Shown here: positions 10,501 to 24,800 of the stretch, piece after piece
Layout of the letters: every line of letters starts with the position of its first letter
Position numbering within the stretch: the stretch's first letter is position 1
Assembly: GCA_964057225.1 (NCBI GenBank)
Contig: OZ059900.1
Coordinates: 25,544,001-25,608,000 of the forward strand
Direction: 5' to 3'
Length of the DNA stretch: 64,000 nucleotides
From: Auanema rhodensis
Taxonomy: Eukaryota > Animalia > Nematoda
Made by a program: the position numbers and the translations under genes
The notes under the pieces: model-generated
Database searches by the model: none
Seen by the model: the letters and a program-made list of their open reading frames with translations, nothing else
Told to the model about the DNA's origin: nothing

Positions 10501-13500
10501 TCGTTGCATTTGACGACTCATATGAACAAAAATCGATTTAATCAATATTAGCCATAAGGGGCGTGCCCTCAGAATATGCTAATTTCCTTAATTTTCTAAC
10601 CCCTGTTTTTTTGTCGTGAAAGTGGAACTAGACGTTGTACGAACAATTTTGAGCTAGGTTTCATTGACATTGCATGAGTTTGAACACATGAAATCGTAAG
10701 TCAAAACCTTGTTTACAGCGAAATTTCCAAAAACTGGTTTTCCAGCATAATAAAATATTTCTCATGGGAAAAACTGTGTTTTTGTATTTTTTCAGTGTTC
10801 AGCATGTAAAATGCTTCATTTTAGTATGTAACACGCTGAAATTCGTTGCATTTGACGACTCATATGAACAAAAATCGATTTAATCAATATTAGCCATAAG
10901 GGGCGTGCCCTCAGAATATGCTAATTTCCTTAATTTTCTAACCCCTGTTTTTTTGTCGTGAAAGTGGAACTAGACGTTGTACGAACTATTTTGAGCTAGG
11001 TTTCATTGACATTGCATGAGTTTGAACACATGAAATCGTAAGTCAAAACCTTGTTTACAGCGAAATTTCCAAAAACTGGTTTTCCAGCATAATAAAATAT
11101 TTCTCAAGGGAAAAACTGTGTTTTTATATTTTTCTAGTGTTCAGCATGTAAAATGCTTCATTTTAGTTTGTAACACGCTGAAATTCGTTGCATTTGACGA
11201 CTCATATGAACAAAAATCGATTTAATCAATATTAGCCATAAGGGGCGTGCCCTCAGAATATGCTAATTTCCTTAATTTTCTAACCCCTGTTTTTTTGTCG
11301 TGAAAGTGGAACTAGACGTTGTACGAACAATTTTGAGCTAGGTTTCATTGACATTGCATGAGTTTGAACACATGAAATCGTAAGTCAAAACCGTGTTTAC
11401 AGCGAAATTTCCAAAAACTGGTTTTCCAGCATAATAAAATATTTCTCAAGGGAAAAACTGTGTTTTTATATTTTTCTAGTGTTCAGCATGTAAAATGCTT
11501 CATTTTAGTATGTAACACGGTGAAATTCCTTTCATTTGACGACTCATATGAACAAAAATCGATTTAATCAATATTAGCCATAAGGGGCGTGCCCTCAGAA
11601 TATGCTAATTTCCTTAATTTTCTAACCCCTGTTTTTTTGTCGTGAAAGTGGAACTAGACGTTGTACGAACAATTTTGAGCTAGGTTTCATTGACATTGCA
11701 TGAGTTTGAACACATGAAATCGTAAGTCAAAACCTTGTTTACAGCGAAATTTCCAAAAACTGGTTTTCCAGCATAATAAAATATTTCTCAAGGGAAAAAC
11801 TGTGTTTTTATATTTTTCTAGTGTTCAGCATGTAAAATGCTTCATTTTAGTATGTAACACGCTGAAATTCGTTGCATTTGACGACTCATATGAACAAAAA
11901 TCGATTTAATCAATATTAGCCATAACGGGCGTGCCCTCAGAATATGCTAATTTCCTTAATTTTCTAACCCCTGTTTTTTTGTTGTGAAAGTGGAACTAGA
12001 CGTTGTACGAACAATTTTGAGCTAGGTTTCATTGACATTGCATGAGTTTGAACACATGAAATCGTAAGTCAAAACCTTGTTTACAGCGAAATTTCCAAAA
12101 ACTGGTTTTCCAGCATAATAAAATATTTCTCATGGGAAATACTGTGTTTTTGTATTTTTCTAGTGTTCAGCATGTAAAATGCTTCATTTTAGTATGTAAC
12201 ACGCTGAAATTCGTTGCATTTGACGACTCATATGAACAAAAATCGATTTAATCAATATTAGCCATAAGGGGCGTGCCCTCAGAATATGCTAATTTCCTTA
12301 ATTTTCTAACCCCTGTTTTTTTGTCGTGAAAGTGGAACTAGACGTTGTACGAACAATTTTGAGCTAGGTTTCATTGACATTGCATCAGTTTGAACACATG
12401 AAATCGTAAGTCAAAACCTTGTTTACAGCGAAATTTCCAAAAACTGGTTTTCCAGCATAATAAAATATTTCTCATGGGAAAAACTGTGTTTTTGTATTTT
12501 TTCAGTGTTCAGCATGTAAAATGCTTCATTTTAGTATGTAACACGCTGAAATTCGTTGCATTTGACGACTCATATGAACAAAAATCGATTTAATCAATAT
12601 TAGCCATAAGGGGCGTGCCCTCAGAATATGCTAATTTCCTTAATTTTCTAACCCCTGTTTTTTTGTCGTGAAAGTGGAACTAGACGTTGTACGAACAATT
12701 TTGAGCTAGGTTTCATTGACATTGCATGAGTTTGAACACATGAAATCGTAAGTCAAAACCTTGTTTACAGCGAAATTTCCAAAAACTGGTTTTCCAGCAT
12801 AATAAAATATTTCTCATGGGAAATACAGTGTTTTTGTATTTTTTTAGTGTTCAGCATGTGAAATGCGTCATTTTAGTATGTAAAACGCTGAAATTCGTTG
12901 CATTTGACGACTCATATGAACAAAAATCGATTTTATCAATATTAGCCATAAGGGGCGTGCCCTCAGAATATGCTAATTTCCTTAATTTTCTAACCCCTGT
13001 TTTTTTGTCGTGAAAGTGGAACTAGACGTTGTACGAACAATTTTGAGCTAGGTTTCATTGACATTGCATGAGTTTGAACACATGAAATCGTAAGTCAAAA
13101 CCTTGTTTACAGCGAAATTTCCAAAAACTGGTTTTCCAGCATAATACAATATTTCTCATGGGAAATACTGTGTTTTTGTATTTTTCTAGTGTTCAGAATG
13201 TAGAATGCTTCATTTTAGTACGTAACACGCTGAAATTCGTTGCATTTGACGACTCATATGAACAAAAATCGATTTAATCAATATTAGCCATAAGGGGCGT
13301 GCCCTCAGAATATGCTAATTTCCTTAATTTTCTAACCCCTGTTTTTTTGTCGTGAAAGTGGAACTAGACGTTGTACGAACAATTTTGAGCTAGGTTTCAT
13401 TGACATTGCATGAGTTTGAACACATGAAATCGTAAGTCAAAACCTTGTTTACAGCGAAATTTCCAAAAACTGGTTTTCCAGCATAATAAAATATTTCTCA

Positions 13501-15389
13501 TGGGAAATACTGTGTTTTTGTATTTTTCTAGTGTTCAGCATGTAAAATGCTTCATTTTAGTATGTAACACGCTGAAATTCGTTGCATTTGACGACTCATA
13601 TAAACAAAAATCGATTTAATCAATATTAGCCATAAGGGGCGTGCCCTCAGAATATGCTAATTTCCTTAATTTTCTAACCCCTGTTTTTTTGTCGTGAAAG
13701 TGGAACTAGACGTTGTACGAACAATTTTGAGCTAGGTTTCATTGACATTGCATGAGTTTGAACACATGAAATCGTAAGTTAAAACCTTGTTTACAGCGAA
13801 ATTTCCAAAAACTGGTTTTCCAGCATAATAAAATATTGCTCATGGGAAATACAGTGTTTTTGTATTTTTTTAGTGTTCAGCATGTAAAATGCGTCATTTT
13901 AGTATGTAAAACGCTGAAATTCGTTGCATTTGACGACTCATATGAACAAAAATCGATTTTATCAATATTAGCCATAAGGGGCGTGCCCTCAGAATATGCT
14001 AATTTCCTTAATTTTCTAACCCCTGTTTTTTTGTCGTGAAAGTTCAACTAGACGTTGTACGAACAATTTTGAGCTAGGTTTCATTGACATTGCATGAGTT
14101 TGAACACATGAAATCGTAAGTCAAAACCTTGTTTACAGCGAAATTTCCAAAAACTGGTTTTCCAGCATAATAAAATATTTCTCAAGGGAAAAACTGTGTT
14201 TTTATATTTTTCTAGTGTTCAGCATGTGAAATGCTTAATTTTAGTATGTAACACGCTGAAATTTGTTGCATTTGACGACTCATATGAACAAAAATCGATT
14301 TAATCAATATTAGCCATAAGGGGCGTGCCCTCAGAATATGCTAATTTCCTTAATTTTCTAACCCCTGTTTTTTTGTCGTGAAAGTGGAACTAGACGTTGT
14401 ACGAACAATTTTGAGCTAGGTTTCATTGACATTGCATGAGTTTGAACACATGAAATCGTAAGTCAAAACCTTGTTTACAGCGAAATTTCCAAAAACTGGT
14501 TTTCCAGCATAATAAAATATTTCTCATGGGAAATACTGTGTTTTTGTATTTTTTTAGTGTTCAGCATGTAAAATGCGTCATTTTAGTATGTAAAACGCTG
14601 AAATTCGTTGCATTTGACGACTCATATGAACAAAAATCGATTTAATCAATATTAGCCATAAGGGGCGTGCCCTCAGAATATGCTAATTTCCTTAATTTTC
14701 TAACCCCTGTTTTTTTGTCGTGAAAGTGGAACTAGACGTTGTACGAACAATTTTGAGCTAGGTTTCATTGACATTGCATGAGTTTGAACACATGAAATCG
14801 TAAGTCAAAACCTTGTTTACAGCGAAATTTCCAAAAACTGGTTTTCCAGCATAATAAAATATTTCTCATGGGAAATACTGTGTTTTTGTATTTTTCTAGT
14901 GTTCAGCATGTAAAATGCTTCATTTTAGTATGTAACACGCTGAAATTCGTTGCATTTGACGACTCATATGAACAAAAATCGATTTAATCAATATTAGCCA
15001 TAAGGGGCGTGCCCTCAGAATATGCTAATTTCCTTAATTTTCTAACCCCTGTTTTTTTGTTGTGAAAGTGGAACTAGACGTTGTACGAACAATTTTGAGA
15101 TAGGTTTCATTGACATTGCATGAGTTTGAACACATGAAATCGTAAGTCAAAACCTTGTTTACAGCGAAATTTCCAAAAACTGGTTTTCCAGCATAATAAA
15201 ATATTTCTCATGGGAAATACTGTGTTTTTGTATTTTTCTAGTGTTCAGCATGTAAAATGCTTCATTTTAGTATGTAACACGCTGAAATTCGTTGCATTTG
15301 ACGACTCATATGAACAAAAATCGATTTAATCAATATTAGCCATAAGGGGCGTGCCCTCAGAATATGCTAATTTCCTTAATTTTCTAACC
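7524..15389. repeat. Duplicated 8-monomer block at a 15-monomer (5130 bp) offset: 7524-10259 and 12654-15389
   Basis: Rare markers gtgaaatgcgtc, aagttaaaa, aagttcaac, gcttaatt/atttgttg and gttgtg+gagata appear in the same order in both blocks; ORF 7686 to 12816 = 5130. Confidence 0.88.
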
Positions 15390-18300
15390 CCTGTTTTTTT
15401 GTCGTGAAAGTGGAACTAGACGTTGTACGAACAATTTTGAGCTAGGTTTCATTGACATTGCATCAGTTTGAACACATGAAATCGTAAGTCAAAACCTTGT
15501 TTACAGCGAAATTTCCAAAAACTGGTTTTCCAGCATAATAAAATATTTCTCATGGGAAAAACTGTGTTTTTGTATTTTTTCAGTGTTCAGCATGTAAAAT
15601 GCTTCATTTTAGTATGTAACACGCTGAAATTCGTTGCATTTGACGACTCATATGAACAAAAATCGATTTAATCAATATTAGCCATAAGGGGCGTGCCCTC
15701 AGAATATGCTAATTTCCTTAATTTTCTAACCCCTGTTTTTTTGTCGTGAAAGTGGAACTAGACGTTGTACGAACAATTTTGAGCTAGGTTTCATTGACAT
15801 TGCATGAGTTTGAACACATGAAATCGTAAGTCAAAACCTTGTTTACAGCGAAATTTCCAAAAACTGGTTTTCCAGCATAATAAAATATTTCTCAAGGGAA
15901 AAACTGTGTTTTTATATTTTTCTAGTGTTCAGCATGTGAAATGCTTAATTTTAGTATGTAACACGCTGAAATTCGTTGCATTTGACGACTCATATGAACA
16001 AAAATCGATTTAATCAATATTAGCCATAAGGGGCGTGCCCTCAGAATATGCTAATTTCCTTAATTTTCTAACCCCTGTTTTTTTGTCGTGAAAGTGGAAC
16101 TAGACGTTGTACGAACTATTTTGAGCTAGGTTTCATTGACATTGCATGAGTTTGAACACATGAAATCGTAAGTCAAAACCTTGTTTACAGCGAAATTTCC
16201 AAAAACTGGTTTTCCAGCATAATAAAATATTTCTCAAGGGAAAAACTGTGTTTTTATATTTTTCTAGTGTTCAGCATGTAAAATGCTTCATTTAAGTATG
16301 TAACACGCTGAAATTCGTTGCATTTGACGACTCATATGAACAAAAATCGATTTAATCAATATTAGCCATAAGGGGCGTGCCCTCAGAATATGCTAATTTC
16401 CTTAATTTTCTAACCCCTGTTTTTTTGTCGTGAAAGTGGAACTAGACGTTGTACGAACAATTTTGAGCTAGGTTTCATTGACATTGCATGAGTTTGAACA
16501 CATGAAATCGTAAGTCAAAACCTTGTTTACAGCGAAATTTCTAAAAACTGGTTTTCCAGCATAATAAAATATTTCTCAAGGGAAAAACTGTGTTTTTATA
16601 TTTTTCTAGTGTTCAGCATGTGAAATGCTTTATTTTAGTATGTAACACGCTGAAATTCGTTGCATTTGACGACTCATATGAACAAAAATCGATTTAATCA
16701 ATATTAGCCATAAGGGGCGTGCCCTCAGAATATGCTAATTTCCTTAATTTTCTAACCCCTGTTTTTTTGTCGTGAAAGTGGAACTAGACGTTGTACGAAC
16801 AATTTTGAGCTAGGTTTCATTGACATTGCATGAGTTTGAACACATGAAATCGTAAGTCAAAACCTTGTTTACAGCGAAATTTCCAAAAACTGGTTTTCCA
16901 GCATAATAAAATATTTCTCATGGGAAATACTGTGTTTTTGTATTTTTCTAGTGTTCAGCATGTAAAATGCTTCATTTTAGTTTGTAACACGCTGAAATTC
17001 GTTGCATTTGACGACTCATATGAACAAAAATCGATTTAATCAATATTAGCCATAAGGGGCGTGCACCTCAGAATATGCTAATTTCCTTAATTTTCTAACC
17101 CCTGTTTTTTTGTCGTGAAAGTGGAACTAGACGTTGTACGAACAATTTTGAGCTAGGTTTCATTGACATTGCATGAGTTTGAACACATGAAATCGTAAGT
17201 CAAAACCTTGTTTACAGCGAAATTTCCAAAAACTGGTTTTCCAGCATAATAAAATATTTCTCATGGGAAATACTGTGTTTTTGTATTTTTCTAGTGTTCA
17301 GCATGTAAAATGCTTCATTTTAGTATGTAACACGCTGAAATTCGTTGCATTTGACGACTCATATGAACAAAAATCGATTTATTCAATATTAGCCTTAAGG
17401 GGCGTGCCCTCAGAATATGCTAATTTCCTTAATTTTCTAACCCCTGTTTTTTTGTCGTGAAAGTGGAACTAGACGTTGTACGAACAATTTTGAGCTAGGT
17501 TTCATTGACATTGCATCAGTTTGAACACATGAAATCGTAAGTCAAAACCTTGTTTACAGCGAAATTTCCAAAAACTGGTTTTCCAGCATAATAAAATATT
17601 TCTCATGGGAAATACTGTGTTTTTGTATTTTTCTAGTGTTCAGCATGTAAAATGCTTCATTTTAGTATGTAACACGCTGAAATTCGTTGCATTTGACGAC
17701 TCATATGAACAAAAATCGATTTATTCAATATTAGCCATAAGGGGCGTGCCCTCAGAATATGCTAATTTCCTTAATTTTCTAACCCCTGTTTTTTTGTCGT
17801 GAAAGTGGAACTAGACGTTGTACGAACAATTTTGAGCTTGGTTTCATTGACATTGCATGAGTTTGAACACATGAAATCGTAAGTCAAAACCTTGTTTACA
17901 GCGAAATTTCTAAAAACTGGTTTTCCAGCATAATAAAATATTTCTCATGGGAAAAACTGTGTTTTTATATTTTTCTAGTGTTCAGCATGTAAAATGCTTC
18001 ATTTTAGTATGTAACACGCTGAAATTCGTTGCATTTGACGACTCATATGAACAAAAATCGATTTATTCAATATTAGCCATAAGGGGCGTGCCCTCAGAAT
18101 ATGCTAATTTCCTTAATTTTCTAACCCCTGTTTTTTTGTCGTGAAAGTGGAACTAGACGTTGTACGAACAATTTTGAGCTAGGTTTCATTGACATTGCAT
18201 CAGTTTGAACACATGAAATCGTAAGTCAAAACCTTGTTTACAGCGAAATTTCCAAAAACTGGTTTTCCAGCATAATAAAATATTTCTCATGGGAAATACT

Positions 18301-18810
18301 GTGTTTTTGTATTTTTCTAGTGTTCAGCATGTAAAATGCTTCATTTTAGTATGTAACACGCTGAAATTCGTTGCATTTGACGACTCATATGAACAAAAAT
18401 CGATTTAATCAATATTAGCCATAAGGGGCGTGCCCTCAGAATATGCTAATTTCCTTAATTTTCTAACCCCTGTTTTTTTGTCGTGAAAGTGGAACTAGAC
18501 GTTGTACGAACAATTTTGAGCTAGGTTTCATTGACATTGCATGAGTTTGAACACATGAAATCGTAAGTCAAAACCTTGTTTACAGCGAAATTTCCAAAAA
18601 CTGGTTTTCCAGCATAATAAAATATTTCTCATGGGAAATACTGTGTTTTTGTATTTTTCTAGTGTTCAGCATGTAAAATGCTTCATTTTAGTATGTAACA
18701 CGCTGAAATTCGTTGCATTTGACGACTCATATGAACAAAAATCGATTTAATCAATATTAGCCATAAGGGGCGTGCCCTCAGAATATGCTAATTTCCTTAA
18801 TTTTCTAACC

Positions 18811-21800
18811 CCTGTTTTTTTGTCGTGAAAGTGGAACTAGACGTTGTACGAACAATTTTGAGCTAGGTTTCATTGACATTGCATGAGTTTGAACACATGA
18901 AATCGTAAGTCAAAACCTTGTTTACAGCGAAATTTCTAAAAACTGGTTTTCCAGCATAATAAAATATTTCTCAAGGGAAAAACTGTGTTTTTATATTTTT
19001 CTAGTGTTCAGCATGTGAAATGCTTTATTTTAGTATGTAACACGCTGAAATTCGTTGCATTTGACGACTCATATGAACAAAAATCGATTTAATCAATATT
19101 AGCCATAAGGGGCGTGCCCTCAGAATATGCTAATTTCCTTAATTTTCTAACCCCTGTTTTTTTGTCGTGAAAGTGGAACTAGACGTTGTACGAACAATTT
19201 TGAGCTAGGTTTCATTGACATTGCATGAGTTTGAACACATGAAATCGTAAGTCAAAACCTTGTTTACAGCGAAATTTCCAAAAACTGGTTTTCCAGCATA
19301 ATAAAATATTTCTCATGGGAAATACTGTGTTTTTGTATTTTTCTAGTGTTCAGCATGTAAAATGCTTCATTTTAGTATGTAACACGCTGAAATTCGTTGC
19401 ATTTGACGACTCATATGAACAAAAATCGATTTAATCAATATTAGCCATAAGGGGCGTGCCCTCAGAATATGCTAATTTCCTTAATTTTCTAACCCCTGTT
19501 TTTTTGTCGTGAAAGTGGAACTAGACGTTGTACGAACAATTTTGAGCTAGGTTTCATTGACATTGCATGAGTTTGAACACATGAAATCGTAAGTCAAAAC
19601 CTTGTTTACAGCGAAATTTCCAAAAACTGGTTTTCCAGCATAATAAAATATTTCTCATGGGAAAAACTGTGTTTTTGTATTTTTCTAGTGTTCAGCATGT
19701 AAAATGCTTCATTTTAGTATGTAACACGCTGAAATTCGTTGCATTTGACGACTCATATGAACAAAAATCGATTTAATCAATATTAGCCATAAGGGGCGTG
19801 CCCTCAGAATATGCTAATTTCCTTAATTTTCTAACCCCTGTTTTTTTGTCGTGAAAGTGGAACTAGACGTTGTACGAACAATTTTGAGCTAGGTTTCATT
19901 GACATTGCATGAGTTTGAACACATGAAATCGTAAGTCAAAACCTTGTTTACAGCGAAATTTCCAAAAACTGGTTTTCCAGCATAATAAAATATTTCTCAT
20001 GGGAAATACTGTGTTTTTGTATTTTTCTAGTGTTCAGCATGTAAAATGCTTCATTTTAGTATGTAACACGCTGAAATTCGTTGCATTTGACGACTCATAT
20101 GAACAAAAATCGATTTAATCAATATTAGCCATAAGGGGCGTGCCCTCAGAATATGCTAATTTCCTTAATTTTCTAACCCCTGTTTTTTTGTCGTGAAAGT
20201 GGAACTAGACGTTGTACGAACAATTTTGAGCTAGGTTTCATTGACATTGCATGAGTTTGAACACATGAAATCGTAAGTCAAAACCTTGTTTACAGCGAAA
20301 TTTCCAAAAACTGGTTTTCCAGCATAATAAAATATTTCTCATGGGAAATACTGTGTTTTTGTATTTTTCTAGTGTTCAGCATGTAAAATGCTTCATTTTA
20401 GTATGTAACACGCTGAAATTCGTTGCATTTGACGACTCATATGAACAAAAATCGATGTAATCAATATTAGCCAAAGGGGCGTGCCCTCAGAATATGCTAA
20501 TTTCCTTAATTTTCTAACCCCTGTTTTTTTGTCGTGAAAGTGGAACTAGACGTTGTACGAACAATTTTGAGCTAGGTTTCATTGACATTGCATCAGTTTG
20601 AACACATGAAATCGTAAGTCAAAACCTTGTTTACAGCGAAATTTCCAAAAACTGGTTTTCCAGCATAATAAAATATTTCTCATGGGAAATACTGTGTTTT
20701 TGTATTTTTCTAGTGTTCAGCATGTAAAATGCTTCATTTTAGTATGTAACACGCTGAAATTCGTTGCATTTGACGACTCATATGAACAAAAATCGATTTA
20801 ATCAATATTAGCCATAAGGGGCGTGCCCTCAGAATATGCTAATTTCCTTAATTTTCTAACCCCTGTTTTTTTGTCGTGAAAGTGGAACTAGACGTTGTAC
20901 GAACAATTTTGAGCTAGGTTTCATTGACATTGCATGAGTTTGAACACATGAAATCGTAAGTCAAAACCTTGTTTACAGCGAAATTTCCAAAAACTGGTTT
21001 TCCAGCATAATACAATATTTCTCATGGGAAATACTGTGTTTTTGTATTTTTCTAGTGTTCAGCATGTAAAATGCTTCATTTTAGTATGTAACACGCTGAA
21101 ATTCGTTGCATTTGACGACTCATATGAACAAAAATCGATTTAATCAATATTAGCCATAAGGGGCGTGCCCTCAGAATATGCAAATTTCCTTAATTTTCTA
21201 ACCCCTGTTTTTTTGTCGTGAAAGTGGAACTAGACGTTGTACGAACAATTTTGAGCTAGGTTTCATTGACATTGCATGAGTTTGAACACATGAAATCGTA
21301 AGTCAAAACCTTGTTTACAGCGAAATTTCCAAAAACTGGTTTTCCAGCATAATAAAATATTTCTCATGGGAAATACTGTGTTTTTGTATTTTTCTAGTGT
21401 TCAGTATGTAAAATGCTTCATTTTAGTATGTAACACGCTGAAATTCGTTGCATTTGACGACTCATATGAACAAAAATCGATGTAATCAATATTAGCCATA
21501 AGGGGCGTGCCCTCAGAATATGCTAATTTCCTTAATTTTCTAACCCCTGTTTTTTAGTCGTGAAAGTGGAACTAGACGTTGTACGAACAATTTTGAGCTA
21601 GGTTTCATTGACATTGCATCAGTTTGAACACATGAAATCGTAAGTCAAAACCTTGTTTACAGCGAAATTTCCAAAAACTGGTTTTCCAGCATAATAAAAT
21701 ATTTCTCATGGGAAATACTGTGTTTTTGTATTTTTCTAGTGTTCAGCATGTAAAATGCTTCATTTTAGTATGTAACACGCTGAAATTCGTTGCATTTGAC

Positions 21801-24800
21801 GACTCATATGAACAAAAATCGATTTAATCAATATTAGCCATAAGGGGCGTGCCCTCAGAATATGCTAATTTCCTTAATTTTCTAACCCCTGTTTTTTTGT
21901 CGTGAAAGTGGAACTAGACGTTGTACGAACAATTTTGAGCTAGGTTTCATTGACATTGCATGAGTTTGAACACATGAAATCGTAAGTCAAAACCTTGTTT
22001 ACAGCGAAATTTCCAAAAACTGGTTTTCCAGCATAATAAAATATTTCTCATGGGAAATACTGTGTTTTTGTATTTTTCTAAAGTTCAGCATGTAAAATGC
22101 TTCATTTTAGTATGTAACACGCTGAAATTCGTTGCATTTGACGACTCATATGAACAAAAATCGATTTAATCAATATTAGCCATAAGGGGCGTGCCCTCAG
22201 AATATGCAAATTTCCTTAATTTTCTAACCCCTGTTTTTTTGTCGTGAAAGTGGAACTAGACGTTGTACGAACAATTTTGAGCTAGGTTTCATTGACATTG
22301 CATGAGTTTGAACACATGAAATCGTAAGTCAAAACCTTGTTTACAGCGAAATTTCCAAAAACTGGTTTTCCAGCATAATAAAATATTTCTCATGGGAAAT
22401 ACTGTGTTTTTGTATTTTTCTAGTGTTCAGCATGTAAAATGCTTCATTTTAGTATGTAACACGCTGAAATTCGTTGCATTTGACGACTCATATGAACAAA
22501 AATCGATTTAATCAATATTAGCCATAAGGGGCGTGCCCTCAGAATATGCTAATTTCCTTAATTTTCTAACCCCTGTTTTTTTGTCGTGAAAGTGGAACTA
22601 GACGTTGTACGAACAATTTTGAGCTAGGTTTCATTGACATTGCATGAGTTTGAACACATGAAATCGTAAGTCAAAACCTTGTTTACAGCGAAATTTCCAA
22701 AAACTGGTTTTCCAGCATAATAAAATATTTCTCATGGGAAATACTGTGTTTTTGTATTTTTCTAGTGTTCAGCATGTAAAATGCTTCATTTTAGTATGTA
22801 ACACGCTGAAATTCGTTGCATTTGACGACTCATATGAACAAAAATCGATTTAATCAATATTAGCCATAAGGGGCGTGCCCTCAGAATATGCTAATTTCCT
22901 TAATTTTCTAACCCCTGTTTTTTTGTTGTGAAAGTGGAACTAGACGTTGTACGAACAATTTTGAGCTAGGTTTCATTGACATTGCATGAGTTTGAACACA
23001 TGAAATCGTAAGTCAAAACCTTGTTTACAGCGAAATTTCCAAAAACTGGTTTTCCAGCATAATAAAATATTTCTCATGGGAAATACTGTGTTTTTGTATT
23101 TTTCTAGTGTTCAGCATGTAAAATGCTTCATTTTAGTATGTAACACGCTGAAATTCGTTGCATTTGACGACTCATATGAACAAAAATCGATGTAATCAAT
23201 ATTAGCCAAAGGGGCGTGCCCTCAGAATATGCTAATTTCCTTAATTTTCTAACCCCTGTTTTTTTGTCGTGAAAGTGGAACTAGACGTTGTACGAACAAT
23301 TTTGAGCTAGGTTTCATTGACATTGCATCAGTTTGAACACATGAAATCGTAAGTCAAAACCTTGTTTACAGCGAAATTTCCAAAAACTGGTTTTCCAGCA
23401 TAATAAAATATTTCTCATGGGAAATACTGTGTTTTTGTATTTTTCTAGTGTTCAGCATGTAAAATGCTTCATTTTAGTATGTAACACGCTGAAATTCGTT
23501 GCATTTGACGACTCATATGAACAAAAATCGATTTAATCAATATTAGCCATAAGGGGCGTGCCCTCAGAATATGCTAATTTCCTTAATTTTCTAACCCCTG
23601 TTTTTTTGTCGTGAAAGTGGAACTAGACGTTGTACGAACAATTTTGAGCTAGGTTTCATTGACATTGCATGAGTTTGAACACATGAAATCGTAAGTCAAA
23701 ACCTTGTTTACAGCGAAATTTCCAAAAACTGGTTTTCCAGCATAATACAATATTTCTCATGGGAAATACTGTGTTTTTGTATTTTTCTAGTGTTCAGCAT
23801 GTAAAATGCTTCATTTTAGTATGTAACACGCTGAAATTCGTTGCATTTGACGACTCATATGAACAAAAATCGATTTAATCAATATTAGCCATAAGGGGCG
23901 TGCCCTCAGAATATGCAAATTTCCTTAATTTTCTAACCCCTGTTTTTTTGTCGTGAAAGTGGAACTAGACGTTGTACGAACAATTTTGAGCTAGGTTTCA
24001 TTGACATTGCATGAGTTTGAACACATGAAATCGTAAGTCAAAACCTTGTTTACAGCGAAATTTCCAAAAACTGGTTTTCCAGCATAATAAAATATTTCTC
24101 ATGGGAAATACTGTGTTTTTGTATTTTTCTAGTGTTCAGTATGTAAAATGCTTCATTTTAGTATGTAACACGCTGAAATTCGTTGCATTTGACGACTCAT
24201 ATGAACAAAAATCGATGTAATCAATATTAGCCATAAGGGGCGTGCCCTCAGAATATGCTAATTTCCTTAATTTTCTAACCCCTGTTTTTTAGTCGTGAAA
24301 GTGGAACTAGACGTTGTACGAACAATTTTGAGCTAGGTTTCATTGACATTGCATCAGTTTGAACACATGAAATCGTAAGTCAAAACCTTGTTTACAGCGA
24401 AATTTCCAAAAACTGGTTTTCCAGCATAATAAAATATTTCTCATGGGAAATACTGTGTTTTTGTATTTTTCTAGTGTTCAGTATGTAAAATGCTTCATTT
24501 TAGTATGTAACACGCTGAAATTCGTTGCATTTGACGACTCATATGAACAAAAATCGATGTAATCAATATTAGCCATAAGGGGCGTGCCCTCAGAATATGC
24601 TAATTTCCTTAATTTTCTAACCCCTGTTTTTTAGTCGTGAAAGTGGAACTAGACGTTGTACGAACAATTTTGAGCTAGGTTTCATTGACATTGCATCAGT
24701 TTGAACACATGAAATCGTAAGTCAAAACCTTGTTTACAGCGAAATTTCCAAAAACTGGTTTTCCAGCATAATAAAATATTTCTCATGGGAAATACTGTGT

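Larger units (their letters stand above)
1..18126. repeat. Left heterogeneous sub-domain (monomers 1-53) with many multi-SNP monomer haplotypes
   Basis: Recurrent haplotypes include A (acagtg/tttttttag/gcgtc/taaaac/ttttatc), B (caagggaaaaact/tttata/cggtg/cctt), D, E and G (agaatgtagaa/gtacgt). Confidence 0.85.
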
